From: a virus
Virus record (IMG/VR): IMGVR_UViG_3300038425_000083
Location: 12,069-76,068 of that record
DNA: 64,000 nt
Reading direction: 5' to 3' (one strand)
Below are positions 9,601 to 18,552 of this stretch, piece after piece (the stretch's first letter is position 1; the number at the start of each line of letters is the position of its first letter). The notes under the pieces were generated by a model. The model made no database searches. It worked only from the letters and a program-made list of their open reading frames with translations, and was not told the DNA's origin. A program made the translations under genes and the position numbers.

Positions 9601-10059
9601 ATGACAAAATATAATAGTCTGGGAAAATTTGGAAAAGATTATTCTAATAAACGTTATAATGATAGAAAAGATGACCCTGAGTTCAAAGAACTTAAAAGTA
9701 ATCAATCAAAGAGATTTTATAAAAAGCACACTACTCGAGTTCTTGAAAAATGTAAAAAACGGAGAGATGATTTAAGAGACCAGGTTTTAAAGGCCTTTGG
9801 CCCATGGTGTGCAAATCTTTGGAATTGTCCGATTCCGAGTGAAAAATTGGATGTGCGAAGCTTGCAAATAGATCATATCAATAATGATGGTTATGAAGAT
9901 AGAAAAAAGTATAAAGGTAGAGGAGCAGCATATTATAAAAAAGTTTTAGCTCATCAAGAGGATTATCAACTTCTGTGTCCTTACTGTAATTGGATGAAGT
10001 TTATTAAACAGGATAAAACTAAGGCTGGAAAGAAGTCTTGGGTTCTGAGGAGAAAATGA
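9601..10059 (+). CDS. HNH endonuclease
   Basis: LQIDHINNDG ... YQLLCPYCN. Confidence 0.8.
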   Translation: MTKYNSLGKFGKDYSNKRYNDRKDDPEFKELKSNQSKRFYKKHTTRVLEKCKKRRDDLRDQVLKAFGPWCANLWNCPIPSEKLDVRSLQIDHINNDGYEDRKKYKGRGAAYYKKVLAHQEDYQLLCPYCNWMKFIKQDKTKAGKKSWVLRRK

Positions 10060-10268
10060 AAGCAGTAATTCAAACCATTGACGAGTTTATAAAATCAAGA
10101 ACTAAAGGTGCTAAAGACAAATTTAAAAGAAGACATAAGCCTAGTCCACCTGTTAATCTTGGTGAAAAGATAACAGCTTCTTTAGGCCAACAGATAAAAG
10201 AGCTCGAAACTCTGCAAGAGCGGAACAGAAGATTAGATAAACTCTTATCAGAGCAGGATAAAGAGTAA
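10056..10268 (+). CDS. tagged small protein (IQTIDEFIK|SRTKGAKDKFKRR)
   Basis: GAGGAG RBS before ATG10056; tag similar to that at 5058. Confidence 0.7.
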   Translation: MKAVIQTIDEFIKSRTKGAKDKFKRRHKPSPPVNLGEKITASLGQQIKELETLQERNRRLDKLLSEQDKE

Positions 10269-10402
10269 AAGAAAGAGGCGTCAGCATGAAAGACAAAATG
10301 CGTAAGAAAGTTAAAAACACAAAAGCCTGGAAAGTACGGCATGTGATTGCTGTTAAGGAAGAGGCTAAGACAAAAAAAGACATGATTGAAAAGGGAGTCA
10401 GT

Positions 10403-11170
10403 ATGAAAGTTCAAGTTATTAGTTTAGATGAGGAGTTTGAAAAATCAACCGAGTCTGCCAAGAAAGCTTGGAAGAAAAGAAAACATGGGAAAGCATTCCA
10501 GTTCGGAGAAGGACGTGGTTATGTAGGAGGCCCGCCAGAGGGAGATCCATTTCCTCATAAGAGATCGTTAGGCTGGAAGAAATGGATAGAGAGAAATCCG
10601 GACTGGATTAAAGAGCATCCAAAATGGAAACCCCCAAAAGTGACAGGTATAACTTTTAGGAGACCAGGCTCAAAACTAAAGAAAGCCGAAGGACAAGTTG
10701 TTATTCCGGCTCACATGGCAACCGTCCATGGTAAGAAAGTTATGGTTCAGCAATCAATACCTTTCATGGCTCCTGGAAGACACGGAGATTATACCAAGAA
10801 AGTTCACACAACGGAGAGGGAAGAAGGGGGTAAAACTCATATCAAATATCATACAACTGATGTAGTGTCTTTTGATTCCAATGAGATAACCTTAAGAGAT
10901 GGTGGATGGATGACAAGTTCCACAAAGAAGAGAATTAACCAAGCTTCAACAGAGCATGGACTTGGCATTAGCATCTTTCAGCATAAGAATGATTGGTTTG
11001 TTGCATACAAAGGAAAGACTATTCCTTTCAGAGACGAAATGACAATCAATCGTGAAAGAGGAGATACTCATTATGACAAATGGTTTGATATGACAGAGAA
11101 GGAAAAGAAAACTCTGGCAAGTTATGAAAAACGGTATCATCGAGCGGAAGAGATGGCAGGCCGCAAATAG
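10403..11170 (+). CDS. two-unit tagged protein
   Basis: VISLDEEFEK|STESAKKAW (10442) and LKK|AEGQVVIPAHMATVHGKKV (10682); C-terminal YHTTDVV..GGWMTSSTKKRINQ domain; start ATG10403 after GGGAG (ORF track starts 10286). Confidence 0.75.
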   Translation: MKVQVISLDEEFEKSTESAKKAWKKRKHGKAFQFGEGRGYVGGPPEGDPFPHKRSLGWKKWIERNPDWIKEHPKWKPPKVTGITFRRPGSKLKKAEGQVVIPAHMATVHGKKVMVQQSIPFMAPGRHGDYTKKVHTTEREEGGKTHIKYHTTDVVSFDSNEITLRDGGWMTSSTKKRINQASTEHGLGISIFQHKNDWFVAYKGKTIPFRDEMTINRERGDTHYDKWFDMTEKEKKTLASYEKRYHRAEEMAGRK

Positions 11171-11171
11171 C

Positions 11172-14100
11172 ATGGAACAGATACAAGCTGTAAAGAAAAC
11201 AATTTATGGGACTCCTGTTTACTTTGTTAAATCCTCTGAAGGATCAAAGAAGGCATGGGAAACAAGAAGATATGGCGGAAGTCGCAAAGACCTTACTAAG
11301 ATAAAGCAAGATCATGAAGACCTAAAGAACAAATACAAAGACCTTATAGAATGGAGTAGAACAGACTCATGGGAGAGGCCAGAGTTCTCTGGTTCGCCCG
11401 AGACCGTAAAGAAGTTCATAGCAGACGTTCAAACTCATCATACGAAGATGGTCGATGCTTTTGGAAAGAACAAAACGAACATAGGTATCGAGGAGGATTT
11501 AGGAAGAGCAACCAAGAACCCTAATGTTCAAGGATCGTTTGGTAATGCTTTAAGTGCTCTTTATGGGATGGAAGATAAGATAAGATGGCTTAACCGCTAT
11601 CTCCCAAAGGAACAAGAGAAAGGGTGGAAAGGCAAGGAAAGATCAGAGGCAAGCTGGAAGGAGCTCATGTCAAAGTCATCTGAAGGAGCAAAGAAAGCAT
11701 GGCTAACAAGAAAATATGGCGGAAGTCACGCAGCATTAGAAGACAAGAAGTCTAGAGAATCTTTCAAGAAAGAGTTTTCGCTCAGTGATGTTGAAGGCGG
11801 TTCTAAAGATGATGTTCAGAGGCTTCACGAATCTTTAAAAAAGATAAATGAAAAAATACAGATTGATGGGAGAGGTAAACTATCCTTCAGTATTAAAGCC
11901 CCTCTTCAAAAGACTTGGTTCGGAGATTTCGATGAGGGAAATGATACCATAGAGATACATCCGAAACATCTTGAGAAAGTTGAACATGAGTATCTTCATT
12001 TTGTTTTTAAATACAGATTTGGAAATCCTATGAGAATAGGCCCAGATCATTACGATAAGTTTGGAAGTAAAAGATTTAGTATTCTTGACCAAAAAGAAAT
12101 ACCCGATTATGAATCGTTTAAAAAGGTAAAGTCAAAAGGATCATACGAGGATTATCATAAATTTGCAAGGGCGTTCGGTCGAAAATTATTTAAAAAGATA
12201 ACTCCTGAAGGTTTAGAAGATTCATTTGATGCATTTATTAAAAAGGTTGCAGATAATAAATCTTTAGATGGGGGGAAGAAAAAAGCGTTTACAGAACTTC
12301 TTCAAATATATAGGAACTTTTATACGAAACCTGGTATCTTAAAAAAGATGCAAGATTTGGTAGATCTCCCTGTTTATGCATTAGAACCTACAGAACTCTT
12401 TGCGAGAGCTGGGGAACTTTACATGCATGGAACAACTTGGTCTTTGGATGTTATCGAAGCTGATCTTACAGGAGAACAGGATTTAAAAGAGGACAAAGCC
12501 AAGAACGTAGCTTCAACTAAATTATTTCAAAGTCAGATTAAAGGGTGGGGAAACAAATATCTTAAAACCGGAGTTATGAGTAAATCTCTTTTTGTTATCT
12601 TTGAGAAATCTTCGGAGGGGGCAAAGAAAGCTTGGTTGACAAGGAAGTTCGGAGGAAGTCACAAAGGAGAAGAGAAGCCAAGTCTTAAGGGTCTTTCTTC
12701 TAAAGCTATTTTAGAGATGAGTCCAGAGGATCGTGAGAAATATCTCAAAGACATGGATTCATGGAATGAAAAGTTTGGCATTCCTAAAAAGATTGAGGTA
12801 TCCGAAGCCAACATTAACAGATTTGTCGATAAACCAGATGAGGCTATAAGAGAGTATAACAGCATCCAGCAGAAGTATGAGATAAAAAAGAAAACAAGTG
12901 TTAAGAAAACAAAGAAGTCTAAATCTAAACCTAAACCATTTAAGATGCAACTGGTCATTCCTCATGAGGAGACTGAAAGGAGAATTCATGAACATCTTCA
13001 ACAAGCGAAAAGAGAATCGTCAACGACACGTTACTTGGAAGGACGTACTCACGATGTGGACATATGGACAAAAGAGGATTTATTGGCTGCAGTGCCTAAG
13101 TCTCCAAAAGGTTCTCAATTCTATGCCAAAACAAATGTCCAAAACATCAAGCGGGTCTTAGAGTTTAAAAAACCAAATGAAGTAGGTGGGATTCATACAA
13201 TCGTTGTTCTCGAGAATGGTAAACCAGTTTATCAATACATTGATACCACAACAGAGAAGAACTCAAGGAAGAAATTTGTACGATCAAAGAATGTCGAAAA
13301 GAATATTGGGGAGATACGAGCCTTCTATAAGAAAGGAATGGGCAAAACTGGATATGACAAGCAGATGGGTACTATCCTTTCATTGATTGACCTGTATACT
13401 ATTCGGGTAGGAAGCAAAGCAGATGTTGATGAAGGTGTGAGGAAAGTTGAAGACTTAAAGAATAGAGCTCTTATTAAAGCGCCAAAAGATATAGCAAGAG
13501 TACCATATGGGCTACCATATGATCGAAACACGGTTTATTACGTTTTTATTAAAGATGGGCAAAGGCTTATCGGCCCATCCGAGAGAATGGATGAGATCAG
13601 CGATGAGATCAACGAAGCCAGGAAGATAAAAGATAAAGCTAAAGTAGAAACTCTTAAGCAAGAGAAGAAAGACCTTGTTAAACCAATGCCCGAGGATTGG
13701 AAGGAAGTTTATAAGTTAGGACACTTTGGAGCAACCCAGTTAGAGGCCAGGCATGTCAAGATCGAGCCCGAGTATAAAGGAGTTGGAACTAATTTTGGAA
13801 GTGTTGTTCACCTTGATTTCATTGGTAAATCTGGGGTTCATTGGGAGTTCCCAGTTAATGATACTGGAATTGCAGAAGCTTTAGCCGATCTGTCCAAAGG
13901 TAAGTCCGGGCGTGATCCTATATTCCCGGATGTTAAATATCAAAAGGTTACGGGTTTGCTCAAAGATAATTGGAAGTGTCTTGCAAAAGATTTTAGAACT
14001 TATCATGCAACAAAAACATTTGCTGAAGCAACTAAAGATTTTCCAGTCCCAAAGACAGAGCAGGAACTCAAATCAATAGAAGGTCAGATATTGGAAAGAG

Positions 14101-14636
14101 TTTCTGGTTTGCTCTGGAACACGAAGGGAATGGCTAAGAAGTCTTATATTGACCCTGCTGTCTATGGAGCGTGGAGAGCAGGCTTATTAAAAGTAATGAT
14201 GGAAGCTGCCCCGATTAAGAAGTCATTGCTTTTTAATGTGATCTTAGAGAAATCAGTTGAAGGCACAAAGAAAGCATGGCTAACAAGAAAGTATGGAGGT
14301 TCCCACAGAGAGCAGAAAAGCTACTATACAACTTCTGGTGCTATGACGATGAAGGAGTTTATAGAAACTGAAGTTGAAGATAGAGGGAACTATCCTTTAT
14401 CTGAGGTTAGAGGCTGGATTAAAAAGTATGGTATCAAAAGAGATCAGCAAATTATGTGGGTATCCCCCAAGAAGTGGAGAGCTTATAGCTATACTCTTCC
14501 GGCAGAGGAAATGGATTCTGCAAGAGATGTAGATGAATCTAAAATGGATGTTACCGAAGTCAAAGGTAAAGAAGGTTTTATAATTCCAGAGTCAGACGAT
14601 GGAAGCGAAGGTTTTTTATTTGTTTTCAAGAATTAA
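11172..14636 (+). CDS. four-unit tagged polyprotein: unknown, zincin (LPD1/MPTase-like), DNA topoisomerase IB, unknown
   Basis: tags at 11229, 11673, 12606, 14250; HEYLH..EPTELFARA; TopIB motifs TIRVG, GATQLEARHV, FIGKSG, KDFRT, LWNT..AKKSYIDP. Confidence 0.85.
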   Translation: MEQIQAVKKTIYGTPVYFVKSSEGSKKAWETRRYGGSRKDLTKIKQDHEDLKNKYKDLIEWSRTDSWERPEFSGSPETVKKFIADVQTHHTKMVDAFGKNKTNIGIEEDLGRATKNPNVQGSFGNALSALYGMEDKIRWLNRYLPKEQEKGWKGKERSEASWKELMSKSSEGAKKAWLTRKYGGSHAALEDKKSRESFKKEFSLSDVEGGSKDDVQRLHESLKKINEKIQIDGRGKLSFSIKAPLQKTWFGDFDEGNDTIEIHPKHLEKVEHEYLHFVFKYRFGNPMRIGPDHYDKFGSKRFSILDQKEIPDYESFKKVKSKGSYEDYHKFARAFGRKLFKKITPEGLEDSFDAFIKKVADNKSLDGGKKKAFTELLQIYRNFYTKPGILKKMQDLVDLPVYALEPTELFARAGELYMHGTTWSLDVIEADLTGEQDLKEDKAKNVASTKLFQSQIKGWGNKYLKTGVMSKSLFVIFEKSSEGAKKAWLTRKFGGSHKGEEKPSLKGLSSKAILEMSPEDREKYLKDMDSWNEKFGIPKKIEVSEANINRFVDKPDEAIREYNSIQQKYEIKKKTSVKKTKKSKSKPKPFKMQLVIPHEETERRIHEHLQQAKRESSTTRYLEGRTHDVDIWTKEDLLAAVPKSPKGSQFYAKTNVQNIKRVLEFKKPNEVGGIHTIVVLENGKPVYQYIDTTTEKNSRKKFVRSKNVEKNIGEIRAFYKKGMGKTGYDKQMGTILSLIDLYTIRVGSKADVDEGVRKVEDLKNRALIKAPKDIARVPYGLPYDRNTVYYVFIKDGQRLIGPSERMDEISDEINEARKIKDKAKVETLKQEKKDLVKPMPEDWKEVYKLGHFGATQLEARHVKIEPEYKGVGTNFGSVVHLDFIGKSGVHWEFPVNDTGIAEALADLSKGKSGRDPIFPDVKYQKVTGLLKDNWKCLAKDFRTYHATKTFAEATKDFPVPKTEQELKSIEGQILERVSGLLWNTKGMAKKSYIDPAVYGAWRAGLLKVMMEAAPIKKSLLFNVILEKSVEGTKKAWLTRKYGGSHREQKSYYTTSGAMTMKEFIETEVEDRGNYPLSEVRGWIKKYGIKRDQQIMWVSPKKWRAYSYTLPAEEMDSARDVDESKMDVTEVKGKEGFIIPESDDGSEGFLFVFKN

Positions 14637-14850
14637 GATCGACCTACAAAGAAGGTTATATGACCGATAAAGAATTTGGAGAACTATTGGATAAACTTTG
14701 GCCGTCAACTGAATTTGACGATGACGAACTACTCGATGAATCTTTAGAGGAAGAGGAGGATGACTAATGAACTACTTTATGGGCGGAGCAATAATTTTTC
14801 TTTGGCTGCTGATATTCATATATCTTCCATACAGAATATAGAGGAATAGA

Positions 14851-15399
14851 GTGTATTACGTCATCTTAGAGAAATCGAGTGAGTCAGCAAAGAAAGCGTG
14901 GGAGACCAGGCGAAGAGGTCTTGGCAAACAAAAGCCTACAAAGAAACAATCTGAGAAGAAATCTGAAGCTGAGTCGCTGGCGAGAGCTAAAAGAATTATA
15001 GCAAAATACCCCACATGGGAATCTTATCATGAATCCCAGAAGGGCACGAAGTATAAAGATTTCATCGGTAGAACTCAAGTCGTAAGAGATGCTGAACACG
15101 ACAAACGCAATTCAAGATATATGTGGGAAGCAGCAAAGCAATGGGTTGATGCAGGTGGAAGCCCGGCAAAGAAATCAGCTATCAAATGGGATAAAACTCT
15201 TTCTGTAGCCCCGGGAGGAAAAGGTTATTTCTATACAGCAAACACTCCGAGAGGAAGAGTTTGGGTTGTATGGGATAGGGTCAACAAGAAGTGGAAAGTA
15301 GATCATGATTCTGGTAAGCCAAGTCATGAATCTATAAAACACGAACGTTTCAAAACTGCCGAAGAGGGATTGAAGGCCGTGGCTAAGTGGCTTGAATAA
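14851..15399 (+). CDS. tagged protein (YYVILEK|SSESAKKAWETRR)
   Basis: GTG start after GAGGA; tag at 14872. Confidence 0.75.
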   Translation: MYYVILEKSSESAKKAWETRRRGLGKQKPTKKQSEKKSEAESLARAKRIIAKYPTWESYHESQKGTKYKDFIGRTQVVRDAEHDKRNSRYMWEAAKQWVDAGGSPAKKSAIKWDKTLSVAPGGKGYFYTANTPRGRVWVVWDRVNKKWKVDHDSGKPSHESIKHERFKTAEEGLKAVAKWLE

Positions 15400-15411
15400 T
15401 CAGGAGGATGT

Positions 15412-15957
15412 ATGATGAAGATTGAAGTCTTGATTCCGTTAATTGCAGCTTGTATAGCGTTTATCGGTTTGATCTATACTTATTTTTGGCCTTTCTCAGA
15501 AATAAAGAAAGAACTCGGAGAAATTTTAGGTCAATTAAAGAACGTAGACTTTAAAGAGATAAGCGAGTTTGTAGGAAAATTCAAGCTCATAAACTTCGAA
15601 GATATCTTTCATAGATTAGTTGGCATAGAGACAAGAAGTACGGCCATAGAAACAAGATTGGGAAGCGTAGATATCCCAGACATGGCTGCAAAGATGGCTA
15701 TCTTTTGGTTAGCGATAGAGCCCTCCATCAAATCTATTATTAAGCAGCCTATCCATTTAAGGAAGGATGACTTGGTAGACAGATTTCCAAGTTTAACGGA
15801 TGAAGAGCTTTGTGAGTTGAAAGATATATTACAGGCAGAGATGCAAGAATTTTCAACAAAGAAATCGGACCCAGTAGCACTTTCAAAAACTCTTGCATAT
15901 GCTTTGATGATGGCAAGAGTAGATACTGTTCTTTACGAGAATGGCAAAAAATGTTAG
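15412..15957 (+). CDS. membrane-anchored hypothetical protein
   Basis: N-terminal transmembrane segment; AGGAGG RBS. Confidence 0.6.
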   Translation: MMKIEVLIPLIAACIAFIGLIYTYFWPFSEIKKELGEILGQLKNVDFKEISEFVGKFKLINFEDIFHRLVGIETRSTAIETRLGSVDIPDMAAKMAIFWLAIEPSIKSIIKQPIHLRKDDLVDRFPSLTDEELCELKDILQAEMQEFSTKKSDPVALSKTLAYALMMARVDTVLYENGKKC

Positions 15958-15965
15958 GAGATGCT

Positions 15966-16541
15966 ATGGATTTTTTAAAAGAGATAGAATTTTGGCTATC
16001 TATATTTGCATTCTTTGGTCAAATTGGTGTTTTGTTTCTGGTTAGGAGAATGATTAGATTCGCTGCAAAGTATGGAAAGCCTTGGGCGTTTGCTTTCAAA
16101 GTCTTCTTTGCAGCTATGTCAATTTGTCTACTAAGACGAGTAGCTATATTACTATGGACTTTAGGAGTAGATGGAGGTTTTAAGGAAGCAATCATTTGGT
16201 ACGATCGGTATATTTCAAATCCTATTCTAACCTGTTTGTATTTACTTTTTCTTATCCTCTTGGTTAGATGGTGGAAATTCTTTTTTGGTAGTTTAGTTGG
16301 GTTGATTACAGGTCGTGAAAATAATGTTGGAAAGAGGGAAGAGGTTGCTAAGAACAGAGAAGATACAGTTACTAAACGTGAAGATGTAGTCCGACTGCGA
16401 GAGATTAAACTTGTAGAGGGTGAAAAACTTATTGTCATAGAACTCAAAAATGCTGAAATCGAAAAGCCCAAAATAGTTGTAATTGAAGGGCAGACGTTAT
16501 CAGTAAGAGGCGCTGGAAAGATTTTAATTGAAAAGGAGTAA
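15966..16541 (+). CDS. multi-pass membrane protein with coiled-coil tail
   Basis: three hydrophobic helices, then RE-x5 heptad repeats (RENNVGK REEVAKN REDTVTK REDVVRL). Confidence 0.6.
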   Translation: MDFLKEIEFWLSIFAFFGQIGVLFLVRRMIRFAAKYGKPWAFAFKVFFAAMSICLLRRVAILLWTLGVDGGFKEAIIWYDRYISNPILTCLYLLFLILLVRWWKFFFGSLVGLITGRENNVGKREEVAKNREDTVTKREDVVRLREIKLVEGEKLIVIELKNAEIEKPKIVVIEGQTLSVRGAGKILIEKE

Positions 16542-16878
16542 GATCGTGTTATTTTGGATAAACATAATACTTGGATTAGGATCTATTGTTGCTCAATCGC
16601 TTGTTGTTTATTATGGCTTGCGACTTTTTAAAGTTGTTGGGCACACAGAGCATTGGTCTTTGGGATGGAAATTTTATCTTGCAGCCAATGGTGTTATACT
16701 TTTACGAAGAGTCATTAATTTTGCAACTTTGGTGTTAGTCACATGCGAATACAAACTATTGAAATACATAATGACTGAAGAAGTTTTAGCTATTGTTATA
16801 AGTGTTCTCCTCCTTTTGTTCGGAAGAGAATTGTCTAAACTTTTTTCCAAATATGTTTTTAAATCAAATGGGTGCTAA
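16528..16878 (+). CDS. three-helix membrane protein
   Basis: hydrophobic segments; loosely similar layout to the preceding ORF. Confidence 0.55.
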   Translation: MKRSKIVLFWINIILGLGSIVAQSLVVYYGLRLFKVVGHTEHWSLGWKFYLAANGVILLRRVINFATLVLVTCEYKLLKYIMTEEVLAIVISVLLLLFGRELSKLFSKYVFKSNGC

Positions 16879-16896
16879 AAGTAAAGAGAGATCAAT

Positions 16897-17226
16897 GTGT
16901 TTAATGTAAGTGAAAGGCAAATTCAGATTGAAGAAAGAGAGTTGCAAACAATGGAAACTGAACAACTAACAAAATGGACATTGGAAGTCACAAAGGACGG
17001 AATTGGTTTGAAGATGAAAGGTGGATATTTGTGTAAAGAAGATGCTTTATCTTTAGCGTCTGCTTTAACCAGGTCTGTTGATCTCTTCAAGCAATTGGCT
17101 TTAGGAGCTTCAGAACCGATAATGACTTTGGCTGATCGGCAATTTCAAGCAAGATGCGATGGAATCCCGGGGTTGATAATAAAGAAGAAGTGGATCCCAA
17201 GTCGTAAGAAAAAGAAGAGGGGATAG
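16897..17226 (+). CDS. hypothetical protein
   Basis: ORF in co-directional gene run; start uncertain. Confidence 0.5.
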   Translation: MFNVSERQIQIEERELQTMETEQLTKWTLEVTKDGIGLKMKGGYLCKEDALSLASALTRSVDLFKQLALGASEPIMTLADRQFQARCDGIPGLIIKKKWIPSRKKKKRG

Positions 17227-17959
17227 TATGGAAGCACAATGTACTAAACCAACTCCTGGTTTCATATGTCATAAAGAAGGGGGCTATGATAAGAAACATT
17301 ATCAATGTAAGCCTTGCCGTTTTAATTCAGTAGCAGAGTATAAAAAAGAATTAGACAGAAAGAGGGCTGAAAATGAAAATTAAAAACTTGGAAGAATGGC
17401 TAAGGCAATTTCCAGGTGATTGTGATATCTCTGGAAAGATTCTTGTGAAGACATCGGATGAGATATTCTGTTCTTGGGAAGAGTCATATGAAGAGATGAT
17501 TGAAAAATGCAAACTAAAAGCGAAATAAAAATAAAACTAAGAGACTGGATGACAGCCTCAAGTCAACTATTGAAAGTGGCTGCTCCGGATAAGATAGGGG
17601 TTAGCGACATATCTTTTATGTTTCGAGCTCAGTACGGAATTAAGATGACGGACAAATGGGTGGAACGTGCTCTATATGGTATCAAGAAGAAACCTTGATG
17701 TTATGTTAGGTCACTTATGCCTTGAACAAATGGCTTTAGCGTCCGATCTTAAAACAGAGTATCTAAAGCTTTATGAAAAACATCTTAGAAAATTGGGCAA
17801 GACCGATGAAGGAATATTCAAAGCAAAGCTCAAACTTTTAAAGTTAGTTGCGGATGCAGATTGGGCGAAAATTGAATGACAATTTCCGCCTATTTATAAA
17901 CAATAATGTTTTTAATTGTTTACACAGAAAAGTGTACCAAAAGGTACAGGGAGGAAAAC

Positions 17960-18340
17960 ATGAGCGATGAAATCTTATCCAAGGACCAATGGCTTGACAG
18001 TTTAAATGTAAAAGAGTGGACTGATTACAAGAGAGTGACAGACAGATATAATAAATTTAAGCCTCCTTCTAAACCGACACAAGAGGAGATTGATGAACGG
18101 CTAAGAAAAGCTTTTGAAGCATTAGATAATTTATCAAAACCCGCTCCTTCTCCAAGAGATGTTCTTCCGTCAAGACCATCTCCATTTCGACCAGGCCACG
18201 AACCGGGAAGAGATGCTCGAGAAACAGAAGCCATAGAGAAGATGATTGAAAAGATTCTTAGTGGAGATAAAGATCAACGACCAAAAGAAGTTGAAAAGCC
18301 AAAAGAAGAAAAGCCAAGACCACGGAGAGTTATAAGATAA
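17960..18340 (+). CDS. Pro-rich protein ending in RRVIR
   Basis: GGGAGG RBS before ATG17960; C-terminal RPRRVIR. Confidence 0.65.
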   Translation: MSDEILSKDQWLDSLNVKEWTDYKRVTDRYNKFKPPSKPTQEEIDERLRKAFEALDNLSKPAPSPRDVLPSRPSPFRPGHEPGRDARETEAIEKMIEKILSGDKDQRPKEVEKPKEEKPRPRRVIR

Positions 18341-18342
18341 GT

Positions 18343-18552
18343 ATGAGCACTCTTGAAATAAAATGTTCGATTTGCGGTGAAAATGTGGTATGGATTAGCG
18401 ATATAGGCACTTCTAATGACCTATTTCGTGACCATTTGAAAACTCATAAAGAGCATGACGTTGAAACCTTATACCCTGCGACATTTAAAAATATGAAAAT
18501 GATGGGATACTTTGAAGCTCCTATGGTCAGAAGGGTAATAAGGACAAGCTAA
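18343..18552 (+). CDS. C2H2-like Zn-finger protein ending in RRVIRTS
   Basis: CSICG..HLKTH; C-terminal VRRVIRTS. Confidence 0.6.
   Translation: MSTLEIKCSICGENVVWISDIGTSNDLFRDHLKTHKEHDVETLYPATFKNMKMMGYFEAPMVRRVIRTS

Noticed and set aside
17316-17339. GCCGTTTTAATTCAGTAGCAGAGT looks like a tRNA 5' end and D-arm
   Set aside because: No anticodon arm, T-arm (GTTC) or acceptor complement follows, and it lies within a small Cys-rich ORF.
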